From Amoebidium appalachense (taxonomy: Eukaryota > Protista > Ichthyosporea), in NCBI GenBank assembly GCA_963693365.1, contig CAVNZM010000007.1:3333979-3397978 (forward strand): a stretch of 64,000 nt of DNA, written 5' to 3'. A model generated the notes under the pieces. That model searched no databases, was not told where the DNA came from, and saw nothing but the letters and a program-made list of their open reading frames with translations. Positions 24,420 through 36,412 of this stretch are shown here, one piece after another (position 1 is the first letter of the stretch; each line of letters starts with the position of its first letter). The translations under genes were made by a program, and so were the position numbers.

Positions 24420-26150
24420 CCCCGGGGCCCTGCTGCCCCCCCCCCCTCCCCCCCCCCCCCCCCCCCCCCGCTGCCGGGACCTCCCCGAGGGTGCCCCACC
24501 CTTGCTAACCACACCTTCCCCCGAGGCTCAGACCCGGAGGCCCGCCCGCTGCCCCAGCACCACATTGACACCTCCCGCCTCCGGGAGCTGCTGGCATCCT
24601 ACCCAGACCAATCATTCGCCGCGCAGCTCCTCCACGATGTCGAATTCGGTGTCGACATCGGCTACCGCGGCCCCTCCACCTCTTGGGTGGGCCCCAACCT
24701 ACCCTCCACCCCGGCTGCTGCTGCCGCTATCACGGCGGATATTGCCAACGAAGTCGCCCTCGGCCACCTGCGCGGCCCCCTCTCCCCGGACCAGTTCTTC
24801 GCCGAATTTCCGGTCCACCTTTCCTCCCCCATCGGCGCCGTTACTAAAAAAGGGAACCCCCCAAAGTACCGTCGAATCCACCACCTCTCATGGCCCCGGG
24901 GCAGCAGCGTCAATGACAGCGTCACCTACCCCGATGAACTTCAGTACATTCGAGCCCGGAACGTCACCCAGCTCATTCTCGACGCAGGCGCCGGCTGCTA
25001 CATGGCCGTGGCAGACGTGCAGGCTGCCTTCCGGCACATGCCCATCCGACCAGAAGACCATCACTTAATGGCATTCAAATGGCAGGGGCATTTTTACGTT
25101 GACACCAGTCTGCCCTTCGGCCTGAAATTTAGCCCAGCCATCTGGGCACGGATCGCGGCCACCCTCCAGTGGCTGGCACACCAGCACGGTGTTACCCTCA
25201 TCTGCCACTACGTAGGCGACTGGATTATAGTCGCCCCCACCCAAGAGCAGTGCCAACGTCACCTGTCCACCTTCCTGCAACTCTGCCGAGAGCTGCACAT
25301 TGCCATCTCCGAAGACAAGATGCAGGGCCCGGCTACCCGTATCGTTTTCATCGGTATCGAATTCGACTCCGTCACCATGAGGCACGGATCCCCGCTTCCA
25401 AACTCTCGGACCTACTCGACCTCACTTCCCACCAAACACCCACCATCACCATTCGGGACCTGCAATCCCTCCTCGGAAAACTCACCTGGTATGCCCAGCT
25501 GGTCCCTCCCGGGCGGGCCTTCTCCCAGCGCCTATGGGCCCTTCTCCGAAAACACCCACACCTTGCCGGGCACCACCACATACGGCTGTCTGCTGCCGCC
25601 CGGGCAGACATAACCGAATGGCACCAGTTCCTCACATCATGGAATGGGGTGCACCTTATCACCCCCCCCACATACACCACCCTGGCCACCGATGCTGCCG
25701 GATCCGTGGGCCTAGGGGGCCACTGGCTCGACCAATGGTTTTTCATGCCCTGGTCTCCCTCCACCCAAGCCCTCTATGCTCATGAGGGTAAACTCGGTTC
25801 CTCCGTCATCGAACTCTTGGCCATCGCAGCCGCCGTGGCCCTCTGGGCCCCCTCCTGGTCCACCCACCATGTCCGTATTTTATGCCACAACACGGGTGCT
25901 GTGTCTGACCTGCACTCCCGGCCTTCCCCCCACCCCGTGATGGCCAAACTTATTTGGTTCATCACCCGCATGGAAATGCAATACTAATTTACGTTACAGG
26001 CCTTCTACCTACCGGGACCCCTCAACCATCTAGCCGATGTCATTTCTCGTAACCAACTTCCCCGAGCCCGACGACTCCTAGCTTCCCTGCAACCGGAGCC
26101 CTGCCCCTTCCCCTCCTGGGTCCACGAGTTCCTATCCTATCCCCTGGGCT
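24420..26150 (+). pseudogene. Reverse transcriptase/RNase H of the YR retrotransposon, disrupted
   Basis: SPIGAVTKK..KYRRIHHLS.P..SVND, DVQAAFRHMP, LPFGLKFSP; catalytic YVDD reads YVGD; frameshift near 25380; TDAAGSVG..ELLAI (RNase H); stop at 25985. Confidence 0.85.
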
Positions 26151-27740
26151 AACCCCCCCCCCCCCCAGATCTCCCCTTCCGGAGCAACGCCGGCAGATTG
26201 GCCCCCCACTCTGCTCCGGCCGAGCTGCTTCGAGCCACCACTACCCTGCAGGAATAGTCGACACTCTCAAAGTGAAGACACTTTGCAATAAACCGAATTC
26301 CATATATATCTATTGTCCAATCACAACACACATATATTAATAGACAGGAATGCACAACACGATCTACAGATGTACTCGCTCGCGACTATTGGCGAGCCAT
26401 CCTTTTGAGAACAAAACTAAGCCATTTTGAAATAAAGGAAAGACAACGAGTGAGGCTAGCCAATCACGCTACCTCTCAGATAAACAGAGGAGAGCAAACA
26501 GAAATAAAATACAATAAGTTCTTATCAGGCAAGAGAGCCAGGTGTGCACAGATCTACAGATATCTGTGCCCACAGAAACAAGGGAGAGAGAGATAGGGGG
26601 GGGGGGGGGGGGAGAGAGAGAGAGAGAGAGAGAGAGACTGAGAGAGAGAGAGAAGGAAAGCAGACACGAATACAAACAAGCTAAGACACATACATACTTC
26701 AAGGCTCTTGCTGTCATACATGGTGACGTATTCCAACAAGGAATGCCAGGCCCTGAGTCTCAACCTGGACTCTCGGGCCTTTTACTCCCGGGAGCAAAAA
26801 GTGTTCATCAATTTTTGTGTGGCATCTCGGCTGCAGTCTTCCTCCGGGTCCTACCTCCCGGCCTCCCCACACACCGTGCAGCTCTTTCTCGCCTGGTGTG
26901 CCCAACGAGGGGTACAGGCCTCTTCAAGTTCCTTGGCCGGCTACAATTTGGCCATCACCAGACTCCACTTTGACATGGGCCTCCCTGCTCCCTACCCCCA
27001 CGACAAGTCTCTGGCCTGGTTCCTACGAGGGGTGGGCAGATGGCAGCTTTGTCACAACATCCGGCCCCGATCATCTACCAGGGAGCCCCTCCTGCCCTCC
27101 CACCTCAGCCTACTCCATGGCCAGTGCCCCACCAAGGCCTCCTCGGACAATTTCCGGCTATGGACGGTCCTCATCGTCGGTTTTTGTGGTCTCCTCCGTT
27201 CGGGGGAATTTACCTCCAAGACCCTGACTTCCTTCGACCCGTCCCGTCACGTTAAAAGGAAGGACGTGACCTTCAGCTACACACCGGCAGGGCCCACCGG
27301 TACTTTGCCCCATGCCACCCTCCACCTGCCAACCTCCAAGACGGATGTACAGGCCCAAGGTGTCAACGTCACTCTCGCTGCCCTGCCCCTCACCCACTTC
27401 TCCCCAGCCCATCCGCCTCCGGCAGTTCCTGGATACAACGTCCGGTCACCCCGACGACCCCCTTTTCAGTCTCGGTGGCATTCCCTCCACCAAGGGTGCT
27501 TTAAATTTCTCTGCCGACTTCCGTGCTCTCCTCTCCCGGGCAGGCCTCTCACCCTCCCGGTTTGCCGGCCACAGCCTCCGAATCGGGGGGGCCACAGCCC
27601 TGGCTGAGGCCGGGGTCGACAACTCCCGGATCAAAAAACTCGGCAGATGGTCCTCTGACTGTTTCCTGATCTATACTCGACTTCGCCCGGCCTCCATTGC
27701 TGCCACTACCACACGTGTATTCGCCTCTATTTTTAAGTGA
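26150..27740 (+). pseudogene. Tyrosine recombinase of the YR retrotransposon, interrupted by a solo LTR and one frameshift
   Basis: GFCGLLRSGEF, SKTD, GHSLRIGGAT, LGRWSS....Y catalytic motifs; frame TTTLQE|CQALSL is restored on removing 26255-26743. Confidence 0.88.
26255..26738 (-). mobile_element. Solo LTR of Copia family B
   Basis: Near-identical to 31137-31649; 5-bp TSD AGGAA at 26250-26254 and 26739-26743. Confidence 0.88.
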
Positions 27741-27793
27741 AACCTTTGGAGCAAGCATACTGCTCTCGTGCCGTGGTTTACAACCATTGCAGG

Positions 27794-28825
27794 TGTTAAT
27801 TTGTATAAGTATTTGGGATGAAAGCAGAGACACAGTGGTGCAGTGTGAAAACACCACAGACACACACAACAACAAAACACGGAACGATCGGAGCAGTGTA
27901 CACAACAGACATCAATGTTTAGACACGACTGAACTGAATTTATTCTGATCTTCGAATAAATACCTGAAATTCCTCTAAGTCCAATCCATACATGATTTCC
28001 GACCAGTCGGAAATCAGATCTATCTCTAATAGAAACCAATCACTAAGAACCAATTGCTTTCAGAGAGATCCGGTACGCGGAGACGTACACGATAGGACAC
28101 AGACACTAGTTAAGATCAACTCGTGTCATCATCAAGGAAGTTCTAACCTATGACATACTGCAAAGACTCAGACATATCACACTTAACCTTGATGATTGGT
28201 TAAAGCCCGGCAACACATGAAAACTAAAGTGAATTAATGAAGTCTAAACACACATGCTATTCTAAGTGTAGCCTAAGTGTGTTACCGTCCAATGAACACG
28301 TATTAAGTAACACAAATCTACCTAACATATATTAGTAGAAAAGAAATACGATTATACACATGAAGACAAGGAGAGAAAGAAAAGAAAATAAGGAAGGAGA
28401 AAGAAGAAGGAAAAGAGAGCACAGATCAACAAACAAGATAGTAATAGCATAACTATAACCAGAGATATTTATGTACACACGAACATGTACACGTCTCTCC
28501 CTGAGTGGGTGGATCCGTGTACACACAAATAAATATTCTAATCGATATCACAATACACGATTAAAGCTGATACAACACGATTACGAATATACAAGCATAT
28601 CGGAGATCGATGCTACACTTTACATAATAGGAGTGTGGCATATACACTAAGCATATGAACTGAAACATAACACAAACTGAGAAGATCTTACCATATGTAA
28701 ATACTACGTATTACAACATCCCCACTTAAGACTTTGAAGTTTGTGTTATCATATCCCCACTGAACTAGTGAAATCTCCCCACTTGAGAACAGAAACGAAA
28801 AAAAAAATTAAAGTGTGTACGTTTC

Positions 28826-28859
<34 letters not shown>

Positions 28860-30747
28860 GAGAGGGGGGAGGGGGGGGGAGAAGGGGGGGGGGGGAGGGG
28901 GGGGGGGGAAGGAACCGGGGCAAAAACAACGAATATGTATAACGTGTATAGTCGGGGTTTGATTAACTGGGTTTTAAACCAGTGAAAGATAGAGTAGAGT
29001 CATGGTACAGGTCAAACCTTATATAAAAACCCTAAGTGGGCATACCCACAAAGGCAATATACATATGAAATAATGATTATGATAAAGTAAGTAGTAAACA
29101 TTAGAAAAGCACTCTGGAAGTAGGACGGGTCAATCCACAATATCCGGCAAACAAAGTCGGGCACGATGGGTGACATGACTCGGGCCGGGGAGGGGTTTGG
29201 TGAGGATGTCAGCTAAGTTGTGGGCTGACTCAACGTAGTGGACAACCACATCCCCACTTGCAATGTAGTCCTGTTGTGATACCGGACGGCAATGTGTTTG
29301 GTACGGTGCTTGATGCCGGTGGAGTTGACGATGGCAATGGTCGACTGGTTGTCACAGTACACCGGAGTCGGAGCAAGCATGGGGCAGCCGAGTTCCTTGA
29401 AGAGGTCACGGACCCAAGCAACTTCTTGGGTGCCAGCATTGAGAGCAATCAGCTCAGCTTCAGTGGTGCTGGTGGCCGTGATGGGCTGGAGCTTGGAGTA
29501 CCAGATGATGGGCATACCAGCAAACTCGATGATGTAGCCGGTGGTAGACTTCTTGCTGTCGGCACAACCAGCAAAGTCAGCATCCGTGTAGCATTCGAGT
29601 ATGGGGGGCTGGGTGGCCGAGTATTTGTAGTCAATGCCAAGGTCAATGGTGCCGAGCAGGTACCGGGCCACACGACGGAGAAGGTCCCAGTGAGTCTTGC
29701 CGGGGTTGGTGCTGAACCGACCAAGGAAGCCGATGGCATAGGCAATGTCGGGACGTGTGCACCGGGCCACCCAGAGGAGACGGCCGAGTAACTCACGGTA
29801 GGGCACGGTGAACGGTTGGGGGGGGCAGTCAGCCAGGGAGACGGTGGTGCCTGCAGGGATGGGGGTAGACTTGGACTTGGCATCGGTGAGGTTGAAGTCG
29901 TGGATGATATCCATGATGTAAGACCGCTGGTGCATGTGGAGGTGATGGGGATCAGAGTGATTAAAATCAACACCGAGCATACGGTCAAATGGACTCATAC
30001 GACAGCTGGCCATCTTGCTGATGTGGGCAGCCAGGTCACTGGCAGCAGTAGAACCCCGGGTGTTGGTGATGGTGGAGTCGTCGACGTAGTTACCAGCCCG
30101 AACCACATCGTTGTTGGGGAAGAACCGGAGGTAGATGCACGGGTCTGTCTTAGTACGGGTCAGGCCATGGGCAAGAAGAATGCCGTCGAGGAAGTCGTAC
30201 CAAGCCTTGGAGGCTTGCTTGAGGCCGTACAGGGCTTTCTTGAGTCTCCAGACCTTGCCAAGTGTGGCCATGGTGATGAATCCCGGGGGTTGTTTCATGT
30301 AGATGGTCTCGGTGAGTGGGCTGTTGAGAAAGGCCGTAGACACGTCGAGTTGATGGATGTCATGACCTTCAACAACGGCCAGAGCTAGGATAGCACGGAG
30401 AGCAGCCGGACGGATGACAGGGCTCTCAATCAACTCATAGTCAACACCGTATTGCTGACTGAAGCCTTGAGCAACACCACGGGCCTTGATTTTGGTGTCA
30501 CCAGCCGAGTTGAGAGTTTTCTCGGAGACAATCCACTTGAAGCCGACGATGTTAGCACCAGGGGGAGGGTCAACAAGTTCAAAGATGTCTTTGTCGACGA
30601 AGGCTTGATACTCAGCAGTGAGGGCTGACTTGACCTGGTCACCATTGGGTCCGGAACACAGTTGACGGACAAGTTTGGGTAATTGGTCGATGTTGATGGG
30701 GGGACCGGGGGGGACTGGCAGGGTGGTGGTGGCTTGAAGTCCAACCT
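27794..30747 (-). mobile_element. Copia family A, 3' part: RT/RNase H (29130-30747), PPT and 3' LTR (27794-28718)
   Basis: HQLDVSTAFLN, LKKALYGLKQA, YVDD, YTDADFAG, RTKHIAVRY; PPT CTTAAGTGGGGA next to a TG..CA LTR; coding part near-identical to 54130-55750; 4-bp deletion near 29270. Confidence 0.92.
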
Positions 30748-30752
30748 GGTAT

Positions 30753-31136
30753 TGTTTTGTACGGGTCTAAGGGAGCAGAGTGCACAGAGGTGTCATGTAA
30801 AACACGACTAACACATTAATGAGAGGGCAATCGGAGTTGTTCACGAGACATTGAAAGATTTCAAACAACAACTGAATCTTTATTGTGTTCTCGGTTCCTT
30901 TTGTACTTGCGACTTATCACCTTATCACAACTAAAGAGGGAGAACCAATCGGTTCTATCAGAAGATAGAAAAACACATTCCGACAGAGCATACGCATTCC
31001 AACTTTCGATTAAACTAAAGTTTAGAAACTCTTACTTAAATAAATTAAGTAATTATACATCTAGTCACTATTAACTCACATATATATTTATGTTCGTCTC
31101 TATAAAGAAACCTATTTAAATACATATATTTCCTAA
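30753..31136 (-). mobile_element. Probable LTR fragment (3'/U5 end) of a third, related Copia family
   Basis: Starts TGTT on the + strand and has patchy similarity to the family A LTR end (GCAGAG..CACAG.GGTG..., ATCGGAG..., AACTGAAT.TTTATT). Confidence 0.45.
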
Positions 31137-31503
31137 TAGTCGACACTCTCAAAGTGAAGACACTTTGCAATAAACCGAATTCCATATATATCTATTGTCC
31201 AATCACAACACACATATATTAACAGACAGGAATGCACAACACAATCTACAGATGTACTCGCTCGCGACTATTGGCGAGCCATCCTTTTGAGAACAAAACT
31301 AGGCCATTTTGAAATAAAGGAAAGACAACGAGTGAGGCTAGCCAATCACGCTACCTCTCAGATAAACAGAGGAGAGCAAACAGAAATAAAATACAATAAG
31401 TTCTTATCAGGCAAGAGAGCCAGGTGTGCACAGATCTACAGATATCTGTGCCCACAGAAACAAGGGAGAGAGAGATACGGGGGGGGGGGGGGGGGGAGAG
31501 AGA

Positions 31504-31556
<53 letters not shown>

Positions 31557-34500
31557 CACAAAGAAGGAAAGCAGACACGAATACAAACAAGCTAGGACAC
31601 ATACATACTTCAAGGCTCTTGCTGTCATACATGGTGACGTATTCCAACATCCCCACTCAAGGGGTTGAAGTTTGTGTTCTCGTGTCTGTTGATGTGACGG
31701 TAGATGAGGTCCAAACACAGGAGGGGCCGTCACACTCAAGTTTCCCCACTCGAGGATGCAAACCGAAGATCCTTGAGGTGGGAAGGAGAAAATCAAAACT
31801 GAAGAGGCACACAACGACGGTTGCCTCTGAAGACTCGAAATAAGAAATCATGGTGGTTATCGGCGATATATATATATATATAGGAAACACTAGTGTATGT
31901 GTGACGTGTTGGTGGCTAATGGTTTATACTGGGGACCACCCAGGTAAACACAAGGCATGAACATCTTGTGGACTGATTTATAGACTGGTGGTCAACCAGT
32001 TAAGACACGGGGAAGGTGCATCCCGTGGACTAGGTTTAGACTGGCAGTCAACCAGCACGCCATGGCTATAGATAATTATTTATACTGGGACGCCATCCCA
32101 GTTCGACATATATATAAAGTCGAATATAGAAGAAAACCAATATATATGGTGGGATATGAATATAAATAAACGACGGATGGTGGAGAATAATCCCCACTGA
32201 AGATGCACACATATGACGATGTAAGACTGAGTCCCCACTGATCAAGAGAAACGACGAGGAGTAGTAGACTTTCGTTGGGAGGCATCTTGATCACCGTAGG
32301 TGTGTCAACTGCTGTCCAGGGCCCCAACCTACTCAGAAACCACTTGATGATGAACACCAGTGCACGGGTCAGTCACGGAGACTGAGGTTGGCACGGTGTG
32401 TGTCGTGGGCCGGACCAGCCAGAGGCTTGGTGAAGATGTCGGCCAGGTTCTTCTTGGTGTCGATGTAGGTGACAGTGACGTCCCCACTGTTGATGTAGTC
32501 CTTGGTGTTGAAGTAACGAACGGCAATGTGCTTGGTCCGGTGCTTGATGGTGTTGGAGTGGACCAGAGCAATGGTGGACTGATTGTCACAGTACACGGGG
32601 GTGGGCTCGGTCATGGGGTAGCCCAGCTCCTTTAGTAGATCACGGTGCCAGGCAACATCTTGCACGGCAGCATTGAGGGCCAGGAGCTCGGCCTCACAGG
32701 TGGAAGTTGCAGTGATCGTCTGCAGCTTGGAGTGGTAGGTGACGGGGGTGCCTTCGAGGAGGATGACGTACCCAGACGTGGAACGACGGGTGGTGGGGCA
32801 ACCAGCAAAGTCAGAATCCGAGTAGCACTCAAGGATGGGCACCTTGCTGTTGGGGGCCTTCTTCTTGTAGTAGAGGCCGAGGTTGATGGTGCCGAGCAGG
32901 TAACGAACGACACGGAGGAGAAGCTCCCAGGCAGTCTTGGTGGGCTTGGAGCTGAATCGGCCGAGGTAGCCAATGGCATACGAGATGTCAGGCCGGGAGC
33001 ACCGAGCAACCCACAGCAGACGGCCGAGGAGTTCACGGTAGGGGACGGTGGTGGGCAGGGATGAGAGGGAGGTCTCGTTGATGATGGTGCCCACGGGAAT
33101 AGGGGTGGCCTTAGGCTTGGCATCGACCAGGTTGAAGTCGGTGATGATGTCCTTGATGTAGGAGGACTGCACTGCAGCAGCTTGAGGGAGTCACGGGTGT
33201 ACAGCAGTTGGGTGCCGAGGAAGATTTCTGGCAGACCGACCTTGCACTCGGCAGACTTCGTGATGTGACGAACAAGCCCCTGCATGATGGTGGAGTGCCG
33301 TGTGCAGGTGATGATGGCATCATCAACGTAGTTGCCCGAACGGATGATGTGCCCGTTGGGGAACTGACGGAAGTAGACACACGGATCAGAACGGAGACGG
33401 GTGAGGCCGTGGGCAATGAGAATGGAGTTGAAGAACTCGTACCATGCCAGGGATGCCTGCTTGAGTCCGTAGATGGCCTTCTTGAGTTTCCAGACTTTGT
33501 GTTCATTGCCAGGGAGGATAAAACCAGGAGGTTGCTCCATGTACAAAGTCTCGTCGAGGGGGCTGTTGAGGAAGGCCGTGCTGATGTCGAGTTGATGGAT
33601 CTCGTGGTCCTGTTGCACACCGAGGGCAAGCAGGGCACGGACGGAGGAGGACATGACGACGGGGGAAGAGTTTTCACCATAGTCAACACCGTAGACTTGG
33701 GTGAAACCCTTGGCCACACCACGACCCTTGATCTTGGTGTCACCAGCAGAGTTGAGGACCTTCTCCGTGACAATCCACTTGAATCGGATGATGTTGGCAT
33801 CGGAGGGGGGCTCAACTACGTCGAAGATGTCCTTGTCGATGAAAGCCTTGTACTCGGCAGTGAGGGCAGTCACGACTTCATCACCCTTGGTGCCAGAGCA
33901 CAGCTTCTGAATTGACCGGGGCAGCTGAGACACATCAAGGCTGGGTCGGGAGATGCTCACCATAGCCATGGCAGGCCGGGAGGAGAGACGGGAGGAACGA
34001 CGGGGAACGGTACGGAGGGGCTCAGGGGCCGTGGGGGTGTCTGGTACAGACACTCGGTGGTCGGGGATGGGGGCCTGGAAGCCAGGGATGGGTGCCGTGT
34101 TGAGGGGGGAGTCAGATAACACGGGGCTGGACGGGGCCGAGTGGAACTCCGGAGACCCAGGACGAACCGGGGTGAGATGACCAGGTACGTGGTCATTGAC
34201 GGCAGGGGCCGGCAGCAGGGGTTGCTGGCCGGTGGGGGGGGGGGGGGGGTGGAGCCACGGGGGCAGGTACACGACGGGGGGAACGACGGATAATCACCGA
34301 CGGAATTTCATCGTCATCGGAATTGGAATTTCCGGAATGCAGGGATGGATCGATTGAGGTCGTCTGATTGGTGGCCTGCACAGAAATCTGATTGGATGCC
34401 GTGGTGAATTGTGATTCGTCGAAGACGACATCGCGGTAGAGGTTGACCGTGTTGCCACGTAGATTCATGATCTTGTGGGCTTTGTTGGTGATATCCCAGC

Positions 34501-36189
34501 CCACGTAGGTGCCGAGTTTGACGGTAGAGGCCAACTTGTCTCGTTTGGATGCAGGGACGTGTACATAGGCTGGGCAGCCGAACACGTGCAGGTGGGAGAT
34601 GTCAGGCTTGACACCGTAGAAAATTTCAAACGGTGTACGGCCATTGGCAGCTCTGGCCGGGGTCACGTTGATGATGTAGGCAGCATGCTTGAGAGCAGCT
34701 CCCCACAGCTTGGGGGAAAGGGAGTCGGCCTTGTCCTGATGAAGGAAGCACCGAACGATCTCCTGCAGATCCCTCACATTACGTTCAACGAAGCCGTTGA
34801 GTTGGGGGCAGTCAACCGGGGCAAATTCCTGAATGATGCCCTTGGACTGGCAGTACTGCTCCATAGCGTGGGAGGTGAACTCGGACCCAGAGTCTGAACG
34901 GAAGTGGGTCACCACCTTGTCGGGTTGCTTGTCAGTAGTCTCAACCAGGGCCTTGACGTATTCGAGAGTTTCGGATCGATCACGGAGGAGGTACACGATG
35001 GTGTAGCCGGAGGCATCACAGGTACACACGAGGGCCACCTTGTAGCCACCATAGGAGGCACAGGGAGGCTCGAAGAAGTCCATGTGCCACTTGGCACCGG
35101 GGAAGGGGCACTGGGTTCTGGTGCCGGAGAATGGGGCCTTGGTGGTCTTGCCGGAGACACAACCGAAGCAGTCAGTGGTGTCAGCCACTGAGAGGGATGA
35201 GGGGAGGCCTGTCACGAGGTCACCTCTCACCATCTTGGTGAGGGTGGACAGGGCACGATGGCCGAGACGGTGGTGCCAGAGCTGAGGATCATTGTTGACC
35301 TTGACGTTGGCTACCAGAGCAGTGACGGTCCGAGGGATGGAGGGACGTATCTCATAGTCAGTGATGAAGTACAGTCCATCTGTGCCTGTGAGGGAACACA
35401 CGATGTTGCCACCACGAGTGTAGAGGTAGGATGGGAATTCATCCTCATCATCTAGGTGGGCAAGGAGACCCGACTTGGAGGCCATTGAGGGTGATATCAG
35501 GAAGGCTGGGGAGTCGGGTACGTAGAGGGTGTTGAGGCTCAGTACTGATGTTACTCCGTTGTAGGTGACGGCCAGGTTGATGACACCACGGTGATGTGCA
35601 GTGACGATGCCGAGGCCGTGGACGTCAGTCGGGGGGCATGGCTCAAGAGTAGAGAAGTACTCCTTTACTGGGCACACGTGGACGTTTGAAGCCGAGTCCC
35701 AGCAGGGGTCCATGGGTAGGGAGGCCGTGGTGGACACGAGGGCAAAATGCACCTCTTTTCCAGACTTGGTGTTGGCACGGTGACGACGGGCAATTGAGCA
35801 GCCAGGTTTGTCACACTGTGTGACATGATGGTCTTTGTGACAGTAGGCACAGTCGAGGGAGCCAGTGGTCTTGGCTCGGGGTGGCTGGGAATGACGGTTA
35901 CCCCCTTTACGTGGGGGGTAGGGTGACCGGGAACGATAGCCGGGGGAACGGGACCGTGAGTAATCACGGTCAACTGAGGGGGATCGATCGGTGGGACGAC
36001 CGCGGGGGTGACGGGAGACGGAGCTGTCACGTCGGGGGATCCGGTGTCTGAGGTCGTCCTTGGTGAGGACACGGCTTTGCAGGGCACGTGCCGTTCGGAC
36101 GGTGGAGGAGGACCCGGACCCAGAGTCGATGAGACCTTCACGGATCTCTGCAGCTCGGATGTCACTGATTAGACGGTTGTAGGTCTCGT
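31137..36189 (-). mobile_element. Copia family B, 5'-truncated: gag C-terminus, protease, integrase, RT, RNase H, PPT, 3' LTR (31137-31649)
   Basis: CAYCHKDHHVTQC, WDSAS, LWHHRLGH..CFGC, RSDSGSEF, NGFVER, HQLDISTAFLN, YVDD, YSDSDFAG; frameshifts near 34230 (G-run) and 33170 (TGCAG duplication). Confidence 0.92.
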
Positions 36190-36412
36190 AGTCCACCGGA
36201 GCATAGCTGGCCTTGATGCCCTGGGAGAGGCAAAAAGCACGGGTAGCCTTGGAGGTGAACTCAGAGCCGGAGTCGAAGTGGTAGACACCAACTTTGGAGG
36301 GGGCATGGGTAGCAACGAGGGTGGTGTGAGCTGTGAGAATGTCCAGGGTGGTTGTACGGTCGGCCATCGGGTAGATCTTGACGAGTCCAGAGGCACGGCA
36401 GACAGTGACGAG
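36190..36412 (-). mobile_element. Copia family A integrase fragment
   Basis: LVTVCRASGLVKIYPM...HFDSGSEF...SYAPVD, matching ~53133-53355 of the plus-strand copy. Confidence 0.9.

Larger units (their letters stand above)
22702..27793 (+). mobile_element. Ngaro/DIRS-type tyrosine-recombinase retrotransposon, degenerate; 3' end cut by a Copia LTR
   Basis: gag, then RT/RNase H, then tyrosine recombinase in order, with no integrase; gag zinc-finger array typical of this group. Confidence 0.9.

Noticed and set aside
29258-35285. Numerous 100-300 aa ORFs antisense to Copia pol (also 52116-55642)
   Set aside because: Shadow ORFs expected from C-ending codon bias; no recognisable motifs
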